A stretch of DNA of 64,000 nucleotides from an archaeon (GTDB taxonomy: Archaea > Iainarchaeota > Iainarchaeia > Iainarchaeales > DTGL01). Each line of letters starts with the position of its first letter. The first letter of the stretch is position 1. Location: NCBI GenBank assembly GCA_029258755.1, contig JAPDKC010000002.1:6574-70573 (forward strand), in the 5' to 3' direction. The notes under the pieces are model-generated. The model had not been told where the DNA came from and made no database searches. It saw nothing but the letters and a program-made list of their open reading frames with translations. Position numbers and translations under genes: made by a program. This document shows positions 25,610 to 35,541 of the stretch, one piece after another.

Positions 25610-26803
25610 ATGTTCTTTGACGCTTCTAGAAGAAGTAAAAAGGTAAGTTATGCTATTCGCGATATTGTTGTTGAAGCTGCGAAACTCGAAAAACAAGGCA
25701 AAAAAATTCTTTATTTGAATATTGGCGATCCACTCAGATACGATTTTCGCACACCAGAGCACTTATGGAAAGCTGTTTTTGAAGCGAAGGAAAAAAGCAC
25801 GAGCTACGCTCCAAGCGAAGGCATTCGAGAAGCTGGAGAAGCAATCGCAAGCGATTTCAAAAAGAAAGGCATGCGAGTTGATGCTAAGCATATAATGATA
25901 GGCAATGGCTGTTCAGAGCTGATATGGTTTGCGATGGGCTGCATAGCAAATCCTAATGATTCTATACTGCTTCCAAGACCCTGTTATCCAGTTTATCAAG
26001 CTGCATGCTCCTATTTTGATATAAAGATAAAATATTATGATTTGGAAGAGGGAGAAGCATGGCAACCTGACATAGAAAGCATAGAGAAGAATATAGACAA
26101 AAAGACAAAAGCGATTGTTGTGATAAATCCAAATAACCCTACAGGAGCTAACTACAGCAAGAAGGTCTTGAAGGAGATTATTGATGTTGCAGCTCAGCAT
26201 AAGCTGGTGATATTTTCAGATGAGATTTACGATGCTCTTTTACTAGAGAAAAAAGCAAAGCATTATTGTATGGGTTCGCTTGCGAGAGATGTTCCAGTTT
26301 TGGTAACGAACGGCTTAAGCAAGAACTTCCTTGCAACAGGTTTTAGAATCGGCTGGTTGGCTCCAAACGAGTTTCTGGTAGAGAACTCTGACATAATGGA
26401 AGCTGTTTTTAAGCTTGGTCGTGCTCGCCTATGTGCTGTGCACCCTTTCCAGTATGCAATAAAACCAGCTTTGAAGGGTCCGAAAAGGCATATAAGGGAA
26501 ATGATAAAAAAGCTGAGAAATAGGCGCAATTATGTTATGCGTAGGATTGAGGAAATAGATGGAATAAGCTGCACAAAACCAAGCGCTGCATTCTACGCTT
26601 TCCCAAGGATAGATATTCCAATAAAGAATGATAAGGAATTCGCTTTGGGTTTGTTGCGTAAAAAAGGTGTTTGTGTTGTTCATGGCTCAGGCTTTGGCCA
26701 AAAGCCAGAAACAAAGCATTTCAGAACCGTGATTTTGCCACCAATAAATGTGCTTAGAGAAGCACTTGATAAAATAGAGGAATTTTTAAGGAACTTACAT
26801 TAA
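25610..26803 (+). CDS. class I/II pyridoxal-phosphate aminotransferase (alanine/aspartate aminotransferase-like)
   Basis: NIGDP, INPNNPTG, PLP-lysine region GLSKNFLATGFRIGW. Confidence 0.88.
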   Translation: MFFDASRRSKKVSYAIRDIVVEAAKLEKQGKKILYLNIGDPLRYDFRTPEHLWKAVFEAKEKSTSYAPSEGIREAGEAIASDFKKKGMRVDAKHIMIGNGCSELIWFAMGCIANPNDSILLPRPCYPVYQAACSYFDIKIKYYDLEEGEAWQPDIESIEKNIDKKTKAIVVINPNNPTGANYSKKVLKEIIDVAAQHKLVIFSDEIYDALLLEKKAKHYCMGSLARDVPVLVTNGLSKNFLATGFRIGWLAPNEFLVENSDIMEAVFKLGRARLCAVHPFQYAIKPALKGPKRHIREMIKKLRNRRNYVMRRIEEIDGISCTKPSAAFYAFPRIDIPIKNDKEFALGLLRKKGVCVVHGSGFGQKPETKHFRTVILPPINVLREALDKIEEFLRNLH

Positions 26804-26839
26804 GAAAAAATTAAAATAAGAAAAGCGCTACTAATTGCA

Positions 26840-28117
26840 ATGAAAACAGTATTTAAAGAGATTCAAAAGCTTGAGAGAGAAATAACTCATCTTGAGAAAA
26901 AGGTTAAGCGCATACAGCGCGAAATAGGGCCTGGCGTTATAACTGGCGGTGCAGACAACGATCCAGCAGGCATAATTACTTATACAACCGCTGGCGCCCT
27001 TTTCGGTTATGCTTTACTTTGGGTATTAGCCCTTTGTACGCCCTTAATGATAGTGATTCAAGAGATGGCCGCTAGATTGGCTGTTGTTAAGCGAAAAGGC
27101 CTTTCTTCTATTATAAAGGAGCATTATGGAAAGCACACAGCGATGGTTGTTATGGTAAGCTTAGCTATTGTTAATATCGCTACTATAGGAGCTGACATAG
27201 CCGGCGTTGCAGCTGTGCTTAGCATGCTTACTGGAATCCATTTTGGTTTTTTCATAATTCCAGTTGCTGCATTGATAGGCTACCTTGTTCTTTTCAAAAA
27301 ATACAGAACAATAAGGAAGGTTCTTTTAGCACTTACTCTGCTTCTTGTTGTATATATATTTTCCTCTATTGCCGCTAACCCAGATTGGGCGAAGGTTGCC
27401 AGTGGTTTAATCCCAAGCTATACTGGCTCGGCAACATTTCTTATGGCTGTTATTGGCATCATAGGAACAACTATTTCACCATATATGCTATTTTGGCAAG
27501 CGGCTGACGAGCTTGAAGAACATAAGACAATCCTAAGACCGAAAGAGTTAGAGCTTGACACTGCCTTAGGGATGGCATGGTCCAACATAGTTGCGGCCTT
27601 TATTATAATTGCTGCTGGCTCAACACTGTTTGTTGCAAATATCAGTGTTGATACCGCTGAACAAGCGGCTTTAGCCCTTAAACCGCTTGCTGGCGACTTT
27701 GCTTATCTACTCTTTAGTTTGGGCATCATAATTTCTGGCATGCTCGCGCTTCCAGTACTTGCTGGTTCAACAGCATACGCTGTCTCAGAAACTTTTGGCT
27801 GGCGTGAAGGTTTAAACAAAAAATTCTTTTCAGCAAAGGGATTCTATTTCGTTTTCATACTTGCCCTCTTTATAGGCTCTGCGTTAGCGTTCCTCCCAAT
27901 AAATCCTATACATTTCCTCTTTTATACACAAATCTTGGACGGCTTCCTTACTCCTTTTTTAGCCATAATCCTGCTTTCGCTTTGCAATAATAGGGAAGTT
28001 ATGGGCGACTATACAAACACAAAACTAAAAAACGCTTTTGCAATAGCTCTTATTATGCTGCTTCTTGTGCTTGATGTTCTGTTTCTAAGAGAGGTTTTTA
28101 ATATTTCACTCTTATAA
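26840..28117 (+). CDS. NRAMP-family divalent metal transporter
   Basis: GPGVITGGADNDPAGIITYTTAGALFGYALLW and about 11 TMs. Confidence 0.8.
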   Translation: MKTVFKEIQKLEREITHLEKKVKRIQREIGPGVITGGADNDPAGIITYTTAGALFGYALLWVLALCTPLMIVIQEMAARLAVVKRKGLSSIIKEHYGKHTAMVVMVSLAIVNIATIGADIAGVAAVLSMLTGIHFGFFIIPVAALIGYLVLFKKYRTIRKVLLALTLLLVVYIFSSIAANPDWAKVASGLIPSYTGSATFLMAVIGIIGTTISPYMLFWQAADELEEHKTILRPKELELDTALGMAWSNIVAAFIIIAAGSTLFVANISVDTAEQAALALKPLAGDFAYLLFSLGIIISGMLALPVLAGSTAYAVSETFGWREGLNKKFFSAKGFYFVFILALFIGSALAFLPINPIHFLFYTQILDGFLTPFLAIILLSLCNNREVMGDYTNTKLKNAFAIALIMLLLVLDVLFLREVFNISLL

Positions 28118-28128
28118 ATTATTGAAAT

Positions 28129-28974
28129 ATGGGCGCGATCTATTGGTTACGGACAGCAATTTTGCTTGGATTGCTAACAGGAGTTCTATTGGCTATAGGC
28201 GCCTTTATTGGCGGAACTGCTGGCATCACTGTAGCGCTAGCTCTTGCTTTGCTTATGAATTTTGTCTCCTACTGGTTTTCGGATAAAATCGTGCTTGCAA
28301 TATACGGAGCTAAAGAATTGAGTGAGGAGCAGGCACCGAAACTGCATGAAATCGCTTCCGAGCTTGCAAAGAAATTCAATGTGCCTAAGCCAAAGCTTTA
28401 CTTAATAGAAACGCATTCGCCAAATGCTTTTGCTACTGGCAGAGATCCTAAGCATGCTAGCATTGCCGTAACTGCAGGCCTTTTGCATGCTCTTGATAAA
28501 GCTGAGCTAAGAGCTGTGCTTGCACATGAGTTTAGCCATATAAAGAATCGGGATGTTCTTGTAGCAACAATTGCAGCAACAATAGCTGGAGCAATAGCTT
28601 ATATTGCCTATATTGCAAGATGGCTCGCGATCTTCAGCGCTTTTGGCTCTGATGAAAGAGAGGAAAATATAATAAGCTTAATTGTGCTTGCGATAGTAGC
28701 TCCTGTAATTGCGCTTATAATACAGTTAGCGATTTCAAGAGCAAGGGAATACCTTGCAGATGAAACAGCCGCAAAGCGAGCATCTTGTGCGCGAGAGCTT
28801 ATAAGCGCTTTAAGAAAGCTGGAGCACTATTCAGCCAGAGTTCCTCTTAATGCTAATCCGGGAACAGCTCACCTCTTTATAGTTAATCCGCTCTCTGCAA
28901 ACAGCATAGTAAATCTTTTCAGTACGCACCCGCCAATAGAAGCAAGAATAAAGCGCTTGGAAAAAATAGCTTAA
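28129..28974 (+). CDS. htpX: HtpX-type M48 zinc metalloprotease
   Basis: HEFSHIKNRD (HExxH), four TMs, EYLADE. Confidence 0.9.
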   Translation: MGAIYWLRTAILLGLLTGVLLAIGAFIGGTAGITVALALALLMNFVSYWFSDKIVLAIYGAKELSEEQAPKLHEIASELAKKFNVPKPKLYLIETHSPNAFATGRDPKHASIAVTAGLLHALDKAELRAVLAHEFSHIKNRDVLVATIAATIAGAIAYIAYIARWLAIFSAFGSDEREENIISLIVLAIVAPVIALIIQLAISRAREYLADETAAKRASCARELISALRKLEHYSARVPLNANPGTAHLFIVNPLSANSIVNLFSTHPPIEARIKRLEKIA

Positions 28975-29086
28975 AACCTTAATTTTTGTGGGTTTTAGGA
29001 ATGTTTTTAAACTCTAACAAGGATTTCCAGCTCTGTAAGGTTTAAATTAATTTTTTGGGTTTTTTATTAAAATCGGGGTTTTTCAG

Positions 29087-31471
29087 ATGGATTTTCCAAA
29101 GAGACCTAACTTCCAAGAGCTTGAGAAGGAGATAATGGATTTCTGGGAAAAGGAAAAGCTATATAAATTCAATCTGGAAGCAGATAAGCCAGTGTATAGT
29201 ATAGATACACCGCCGCCAACAATAAGTGGTAAGCTGCACATAGGGCATGCGTTTTCATACTCACAAGCGGAGTTTATCGCTCGCTATAAGAGAATGCGCG
29301 GCTATAACGTATTTTACCCCTTTGGTTATGATAACAATGGCTTACCTACAGAGAAGCTTGCTGAAGAAATGCATGGGGTTAAAGCAAAAGATATGTCGCG
29401 AGCGAAATTTGTAGAGCTTTGCTTAGAAACCTCGCGAAAGGTTGAGAAAGAATACGAACGAGTTTTTAAGCGCATGGGCATCTCTTGCGATTGGAATGAG
29501 CTGTATAGAACTATAGAGCCTCGAGTCCAAAAAATAAGCCAAACATCGTTTTTGAAACTGTATGAAAAAGGCCGCGTGTATAGAAAACTTGCTCCTACGC
29601 TTTGGTGTCCCAAATGCGAAACAGCTATTGCACAGGTTGAGCTCAAAGATAAAGAAGTAAACTCCTTCTTTAATTATATCCTCTTTGAGCTTGAAGATGG
29701 AGGCAAGATAGAGATCGCTACCACTAGACCTGAGCTTTTAGCAAGTTGTTGCGCGGTATTTGTACATCCAGGGGATAAGCGATACAAGCACCTTGTTGGA
29801 AAAAAAGCAAAGGTGCCTCTTTTCAACTTCTATGTGCCTATAATGGCAGACAAACGCGTAGATCCAAATAAGGGCACGGGCATAGTGATGTTTTGTACGT
29901 TTGGTGACCTAACAGATGTTGAATGGTTTAAGGCATACAAATTCGAGCCAAAAATAAGCATAGCAAGCGATGGTACGCTTAACGAACTTGCTGGTAAGTA
30001 CAAAGGAATGAAAGTAAAGGAAGCTAGAGAAGCTATAATAGAAGATCTTAAGAAGGAAGGCCTCCTTGTAAAGCAGGTTCCAATAAAGCATGTTGTAAAT
30101 GTGCATGAGCGCTGCGATACTGAGATAGAATTCTTGCTTACAAAACAGTGGTTCATAAAGTACTTAGATCTCAAAGAAAAATTCCTTGAAGCCGGGAGGA
30201 AGATAAAATGGTGGCCAGAGCATATGCGTGTCCGCTACGAAAATTGGATTAACGGCTTGCAGTGGGACTGGTGTATTTCAAGACAGCGATATTTTGGTGT
30301 GCCTTTCCCTGTTTGGTATTGCAAAAAATGTGGAAAAGAGATACTAGCTAGCTATGATCAGCTTCCAGTAGATCCTCTTAAAGATAAGCCAAGTAAGCCG
30401 TGTTCCTGCGGCTGCAAAGAATTTGTACCAGAAAAGGATGTTATGGATACTTGGGCGACAAGTGCATTAACGCCATTGATAAATGCAGCATGGGATAAAG
30501 GCACAGAACATAAGCGCTTTAAGATGCTATATCCGATGAGTTTGAGGCCCAATGCTCACGATATAATCACTTTCTGGGATTTCAATACTATTGCTATGTG
30601 TATGCTGCACACAGGCAAGGTTCCCTTTGAAAATATTATGATTTCTGGACACGGGCTTGATAGGCATGGAAGGAAGATGAGTAAAAGCAGAGGCAATGTT
30701 GTTCTGCCTTTAGACATGATGGAAAAATATTCAGCCGATGCTTTGCGGTGGTGGGCAGCAAGCGTAAAGCTCGGCGAGGACTTAAACTTCCGAGAAGAGG
30801 ATCTGCGAAAAGGAATAAGGCATGCAACAAAACTTTGGAATACCGCCCGCTTTGCTTCAATGCATCTAAAGGAAAAACCGAATAAACCGGCAAAGCTTAA
30901 TATAGTTGACCGCTGGCTCCTTGCTGAGCTTGCGGAAGTTATTGATGCCTGCACAGAAGCATTTGAGCATTATGAGTACAGCAAAGCCAAGATGCACGCT
31001 GAGCAATTTTTCTGGAACGTTTTTTGTGACTACTACCTTGAGATGATAAAATACAGGCTATATTCTGGTGAGGAAAAGGACTCGGCGCTTTGGACTCTTT
31101 ATAATTCGCTTCTTATTTTGCTAAAACTTTTCGCTCCTTTCATTCCCTTCGTAACAGAGAAAATATACCAGCTTTTATTTAGAAATTACGAAGGAACAAA
31201 AAGCATTCACATCAGCGAATGGCCAAAATCAGAAAAAGATTGGTATGACAAAGAAGCGTTGGCTCTCGGAAGAATAGCTGTGGAATGCATAGCTGCTTTG
31301 CGAAAATGGAAGAAGCTTAAAAACCTCTCGTTAGCGGAAGAGGTAGAAAACATAACCTTAGCTCATCCGGAACCTGAAAAAGTTGAGACAATTAAAAAAG
31401 AAATAGAAAAGACAATGCGTATCAAAAACCTGCTTGTTGAGAAAGGAAGTGAAGTAATTGTCAAAGAATAG
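29087..31471 (+). CDS. valS: valyl-tRNA synthetase
   Basis: PPPTISGKLHIGHA (HIGH), KMSKSRGN, class Ia editing-domain layout, 794 aa. Confidence 0.9.
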   Translation: MDFPKRPNFQELEKEIMDFWEKEKLYKFNLEADKPVYSIDTPPPTISGKLHIGHAFSYSQAEFIARYKRMRGYNVFYPFGYDNNGLPTEKLAEEMHGVKAKDMSRAKFVELCLETSRKVEKEYERVFKRMGISCDWNELYRTIEPRVQKISQTSFLKLYEKGRVYRKLAPTLWCPKCETAIAQVELKDKEVNSFFNYILFELEDGGKIEIATTRPELLASCCAVFVHPGDKRYKHLVGKKAKVPLFNFYVPIMADKRVDPNKGTGIVMFCTFGDLTDVEWFKAYKFEPKISIASDGTLNELAGKYKGMKVKEAREAIIEDLKKEGLLVKQVPIKHVVNVHERCDTEIEFLLTKQWFIKYLDLKEKFLEAGRKIKWWPEHMRVRYENWINGLQWDWCISRQRYFGVPFPVWYCKKCGKEILASYDQLPVDPLKDKPSKPCSCGCKEFVPEKDVMDTWATSALTPLINAAWDKGTEHKRFKMLYPMSLRPNAHDIITFWDFNTIAMCMLHTGKVPFENIMISGHGLDRHGRKMSKSRGNVVLPLDMMEKYSADALRWWAASVKLGEDLNFREEDLRKGIRHATKLWNTARFASMHLKEKPNKPAKLNIVDRWLLAELAEVIDACTEAFEHYEYSKAKMHAEQFFWNVFCDYYLEMIKYRLYSGEEKDSALWTLYNSLLILLKLFAPFIPFVTEKIYQLLFRNYEGTKSIHISEWPKSEKDWYDKEALALGRIAVECIAALRKWKKLKNLSLAEEVENITLAHPEPEKVETIKKEIEKTMRIKNLLVEKGSEVIVKE

Positions 31472-32165
31472 TTATGCTAAAGCCAAAGTGGTAACGCTTA
31501 ATTTTTCGGAAGAAGAAAAAGAAAAGATTATAGAGGCACTTTCCAAATTTCCCGAGAAAAAAGTAAGTGCTCCTTTTGAAGAGAAGCGCTGGCTTATTAA
31601 TAGTTGCACAGTAACGCTTTACAAAACCGGAAAACTTGTTGTTCAAGGAAATAATTGCGAGAAGGTAGCAAGAGCAATAATGAAAGAGCTTGCATTTGAG
31701 GGGGAGCTTATTCTCGGCATAGATGAAGCCGGCAGAAGCGAGCCCTTCGGTTGTTTTACTATTGCTGCAGTTCTTGCTGATAAGAATAAGCTCCGCGAGC
31801 TTAGGGATAGTAAAAAAATAAAGAATATTGGGGAAAGAGTAAAAATCGTTACTAAAAACAGCTTAGCAAGCGTTGTTGTTTCTTTTTCACCGGAGTTTTT
31901 AGACGAAGCTAGAAAAGCAGGCCTCACATTAAACGAACTTGAAAGGCGCTTCATAATACTTGCTCCTAAACTATTTGAGCTTCCTAATAGAAGATTTAAA
32001 ACAAGAGTAGATGGTGCCAAATTAAAAGGCTGCGATGCCGAATTCATAATTGGTGGCGATGATCTGTGCCCTGTAATAGGAGCAGCAAGTGTCTTAGCGA
32101 AGTTTTCCCGGGAAAGTAGCACAAACAAAAATAGACGCAAAACCTGGAGAAGCAAAACTACTTAA
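31458..32165 (+). CDS. compact RNase HII/HIII-family ribonuclease with RNase HIII-like N-terminal domain
   Basis: N-terminal TVTLYKTGKLVVQGNN (RNase HIII substrate-binding domain motif). Catalytic LGIDEAGRSEPFG, RDSKKI, RVDGAKL, GAASVLAKF. Overlaps valS by 14 nt. Confidence 0.6.
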   Translation: MSKNSYAKAKVVTLNFSEEEKEKIIEALSKFPEKKVSAPFEEKRWLINSCTVTLYKTGKLVVQGNNCEKVARAIMKELAFEGELILGIDEAGRSEPFGCFTIAAVLADKNKLRELRDSKKIKNIGERVKIVTKNSLASVVVSFSPEFLDEARKAGLTLNELERRFIILAPKLFELPNRRFKTRVDGAKLKGCDAEFIIGGDDLCPVIGAASVLAKFSRESSTNKNRRKTWRSKTT

Positions 32166-32658
32166 GCACCTCTTTTGATCTAAAAACAAGCTTATGAATC
32201 TTCTCCTCAAGCTCTTTGTCCAAAGTTTCCTTCTTTTTTGCTGGGAGCTGTAAGTGCTGCTTTATCGCTTCTATCTCGATGAGCGCCTCTCTTCTGAAGT
32301 CCTCAAGCTTTTCTATCTTCTCTAAAAGATTGTTGTATGCAAGATTTCCCCTGTTGTTCTTCCCTAAAGCGTTTTCAATCTTGTGAATCTTCTTGAATGC
32401 GAAATCTATTCTCGCATTGCTCTTTTGCAAATCATTTCTTATTAGCGCTAGCTCACGTTTTAGCTTTGCGATTTCACCAGCTTCTTTATTGTTTCCAAAG
32501 AGCACTACTGAGCTTGTACTTTTATTTGACATATTCATTTCGACAGATTTTTCTTTTGTATAGCTTTGCAAGCGTTTTTCCTTAAGCGACACCACTATGT
32601 TAGCTGCAGCTAAGCCCACAACTATAGCCCCTAACACAGCAGTTATCATTGAAACCAC
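32158..32658 (-). CDS. N-terminally anchored coiled-coil protein
   Basis: 166 aa. TM MITAVLGAIVVGLAAANIVV followed by heptad-rich sequence. Confidence 0.45.
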   Translation of the reverse strand: MVSMITAVLGAIVVGLAAANIVVSLKEKRLQSYTKEKSVEMNMSNKSTSSVVLFGNNKEAGEIAKLKRELALIRNDLQKSNARIDFAFKKIHKIENALGKNNRGNLAYNNLLEKIEKLEDFRREALIEIEAIKQHLQLPAKKKETLDKELEEKIHKLVFRSKEVLK

Positions 32659-32714
32659 TATACGCTTCTTTTAGCCAATTATTATTTAAATTGATTTGGC
32701 AAAGCATTTTAAAT

Positions 32715-33800
32715 ATGCACTTCAAAAGAAAGCATGTTTTTATAATGCTTTCTCTCTTGCTTTTGGGTTTTTTTGCCTTATTCTTAGCTTTTGTGCCGCT
32801 AAGCTCCAATGAAGGCACTGCTAAGGGAAGCAACAATTATGCTAGCGTTCTTGTGCTTGTACTGGATGGTGTTGGCGCAAACTATTTAGAAGGCATCGCG
32901 CAAGAAGAACTTTGGCTTGATGGCATAGCACTTGAGAAAGCAAAGCTCGAGCTGCCCGAAGAATATATGCACTATGCTGTGCTAGAACAGCCATATCCTA
33001 AAACAATAGCTGCCCACAGCTTGTTTTATATAGCTGGGGATTGCGGCAAGCGATGGGATGATATAGAGTATTGTGTGGATGATTACGGAATTGTTAGCAT
33101 CTGCGATGCATACAGAGCCAAAGGATATCTTTGCATAATGGTGAGCGAAGCTGGTGATTTCAAAGACGCAAGGAAAGAATTTGATGTTGCGCTATATGAT
33201 GCAGGGCTTTTTAATTTTAAGGTAGAATTAAACAGCAAAAGCAGCTATGCCAAACTTGTAGCAGAATTCCTAAAGGAAAGAATAAGCGAAGCATCTAACT
33301 ATAAGCTAAAAGATAAAGATGCAAACTTTTTCATTAACTATTCTAAATTTATAATCGATACCGATCTAAAACTGATAAATTTCATGAGAAAAAACATGCC
33401 CGAAAAGAAATTTTTCATCTTTTCAAACGCTAAAGGCACTGACCGTTGCGGACATGAATTAAACGCTATAGAGTATACAAACTGCATCCAAGGGCTTAGC
33501 GATTCGCTTAGAAAAATAGCTTTAGCTTCTCTGGATTCTAACATTATCATGGTTATTACTGCTGACCATGGCATGGTGTTTGATTGCCTCGCTTGCTCTG
33601 GGCACCACTCATCAGAGCCTTATAGCGATTCTGTCTTTGCTAAGCAGATTCCTTTTATTGTGATATCTGATAAGAATTTTTCTCTTGCGAACGGTACTGC
33701 TTACGATTTAATGCCAAGCATCTTTGAGCTTAGCGGCTTAACAAACGCATGCAATGAGATGCGCTATTGCAAAGGCAGTTCTTTAGTAAGAAGCCACTAA
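32715..33800 (+). CDS. membrane-anchored alkaline-phosphatase-superfamily metalloenzyme
   Basis: Start set at ATG 32715 (signal/anchor MLSLLLLGFFALFLAFV). VLVLVLDGVGANY, GTDRCGHE, ITADHGM resemble phosphodiesterase/phosphomutase core motifs. Confidence 0.5.
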   Translation: MHFKRKHVFIMLSLLLLGFFALFLAFVPLSSNEGTAKGSNNYASVLVLVLDGVGANYLEGIAQEELWLDGIALEKAKLELPEEYMHYAVLEQPYPKTIAAHSLFYIAGDCGKRWDDIEYCVDDYGIVSICDAYRAKGYLCIMVSEAGDFKDARKEFDVALYDAGLFNFKVELNSKSSYAKLVAEFLKERISEASNYKLKDKDANFFINYSKFIIDTDLKLINFMRKNMPEKKFFIFSNAKGTDRCGHELNAIEYTNCIQGLSDSLRKIALASLDSNIIMVITADHGMVFDCLACSGHHSSEPYSDSVFAKQIPFIVISDKNFSLANGTAYDLMPSIFELSGLTNACNEMRYCKGSSLVRSH

Positions 33801-33832
33801 AGTTTTATTCTTTTTGCTTTCACCCTTTTAAT

Positions 33833-34360
33833 ATGCTTATTGCGGTCGGTTCAACGAACCCAACAAAGATTGCTGCTGTTAGTTCAGCTGCAAAAAAGAT
33901 ATGGCCGCATGCTAAAGTTTGCGGCATAGAAGTAAGCTCTGGCGTTCCAGCCCAGCCCATAGGCGATGAGGAAGCAATAAAAGGGGCCATAAGCCGAGCG
34001 AAAAAAGCATTGCACAAGCTTGATGCTGATTTTGGTTTTGGATTAGAAGGCACCGTTGTTGAAAGCAAGTACGGAATGTTTCTTTGCGGCTGGGTTGCAG
34101 CCATAGATAAAGAAGGTAAATTAGGCCTTGCTTGCACAGCAAAGCTCGAGCTTCCAGAAATTGTCGCGAGGGAGATAAGGAAGGGATTCGAGTTAGGTCC
34201 TATAATGGACAAGCTTACTGGGGAAACCAATATTAAGAAGAAATATGGCGCTGTCGGCGTCTTCACAAAAAACCTTGTATCTAGAAAAGAAGTGTTTGAG
34301 CATGCTGTGTTGCTTGCGCTTGCTAAATTCATCACTAAGGATTACTATGAAAAGACCTAA
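33833..34360 (+). CDS. yjjX: inosine/xanthosine triphosphatase (YjjX / DUF84 NTPase)
   Basis: MLIAVGSTNPTKIAAV...SGVPAQPIGDEE. Start set at ATG 33833. Confidence 0.8.
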   Translation: MLIAVGSTNPTKIAAVSSAAKKIWPHAKVCGIEVSSGVPAQPIGDEEAIKGAISRAKKALHKLDADFGFGLEGTVVESKYGMFLCGWVAAIDKEGKLGLACTAKLELPEIVAREIRKGFELGPIMDKLTGETNIKKKYGAVGVFTKNLVSRKEVFEHAVLLALAKFITKDYYEKT

Positions 34361-34401
34361 GCGCAATAAACAATTTTAACATTTTTTTCCAGCAATTTTT
34401 T

Positions 34402-35541
34402 ATGCCCACAAATGTTTCCATAGAATTTGCTTTAGCGCAGAAAAAATACGAGCAAGCAAGAACCTTGCAAGAAAAGCTCGCTGCTTTGCTTGAGATGCAA
34501 AAGTATGCTCCTAGCCATAAGGGAGCTGAAAACTTACGTGCGGAGATAAGCAGGAAAATAAAGATTATTCGAGAAAAAATAGAAAAGCAAGAGGAACAGA
34601 GGAAGAAAACAACAGCCAAATCATTCAGTGTTAAAAAAGAAGGTATAGGCCAAATAGTGCTTGTAGGTATGCCAAATTCTGGCAAGAGCGCTTTGCTTAA
34701 AGCATTAACTAACGCAGATGTTGAGATCGCAAGTTATGCGTTTACAACCAAAGAGCCAGCTGTTGGCATGATGGACTATGAAAAGGCACAAATCCAGCTT
34801 GTTGAAGTACCGGCAATAATTGAAGGAAGTAGCGCTGGCAAAGCTCGCGGGCCAGAAGTTTTATCAATAGTTAGAAATGCTGATGCTATTGCTCTGGTTT
34901 TGGATGCGAACAACGCTCTTTATGAATTCTCCGTTCTCATGAATGAGCTTTCAAATGCCGATATAAGATTGAATGAGAGCAAGCCGAAAATAGAGATAAA
35001 AAAATCCGAGTTTCACGGCATTTCTGTTGTTGGCGAGAAGTACTTGCAAATGCCTAAGAAGGAGCTTGAAGCCTACTTAAAGAAGCGTGGCCTCTACAAT
35101 GTAAGCGTAATATTGGCAGAGCCTACCGATTACAGAAAAATTGACATTGCCTTGAATAAGAGGCTTGTTTATAAAAAGGCGCTTGCAGTATTGGTTGATA
35201 AATTTGGAAGCGCGACTGTGCCAGAAGAAATAAAGAAAAAGATGCCAGCACTGCTCATAAGAAAATATAGTAAAGAAGAGATTGAAGAACTCAAAAAAGC
35301 GCTTTTCAATCTTTTAGATGTGGTGCTTGTGTATACAAAAAAGCCCGGGCAAGCACCTGCAGAGAAGCCGCTTGCTCTGCCCGTAGGTTCAACTATAGAA
35401 GACGTTGCAGAACATTTACATCAAGATTTCAGTAAAAAGCTGAAATATGCAAGGGTTTGGGGGAGCACAAAGTTTCCAGGGCAAAAGGTTTCAAAGGACT
35501 ATGTTGTGCAAAATCATGACATAGTTGAGCTCTACTGCTGA
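34402..35541 (+). CDS. DRG/Obg-like GTPase with C-terminal TGS domain
   Basis: G1 GMPNSGKS, YAFTTKEP, TGS-like VWGSTKFPGQKVSKDYVVQNHDIVEL. Confidence 0.85.
   Translation: MPTNVSIEFALAQKKYEQARTLQEKLAALLEMQKYAPSHKGAENLRAEISRKIKIIREKIEKQEEQRKKTTAKSFSVKKEGIGQIVLVGMPNSGKSALLKALTNADVEIASYAFTTKEPAVGMMDYEKAQIQLVEVPAIIEGSSAGKARGPEVLSIVRNADAIALVLDANNALYEFSVLMNELSNADIRLNESKPKIEIKKSEFHGISVVGEKYLQMPKKELEAYLKKRGLYNVSVILAEPTDYRKIDIALNKRLVYKKALAVLVDKFGSATVPEEIKKKMPALLIRKYSKEEIEELKKALFNLLDVVLVYTKKPGQAPAEKPLALPVGSTIEDVAEHLHQDFSKKLKYARVWGSTKFPGQKVSKDYVVQNHDIVELYC

Noticed and set aside
31643-32155. Long antisense ORFs (170 aa here; also 33820-34335, 37692-38195, 53990-54541, 57744-58280, 60366-60959, 3643-4014, 13752-14096, 40282-40872)
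   Set aside because: Each lies fully inside, and opposite to, a gene with clear family motifs. Their translations are low-complexity (Ser/Leu/Phe/Ala-rich) with no motifs. These are typical shadow ORFs of codon-biased coding regions.
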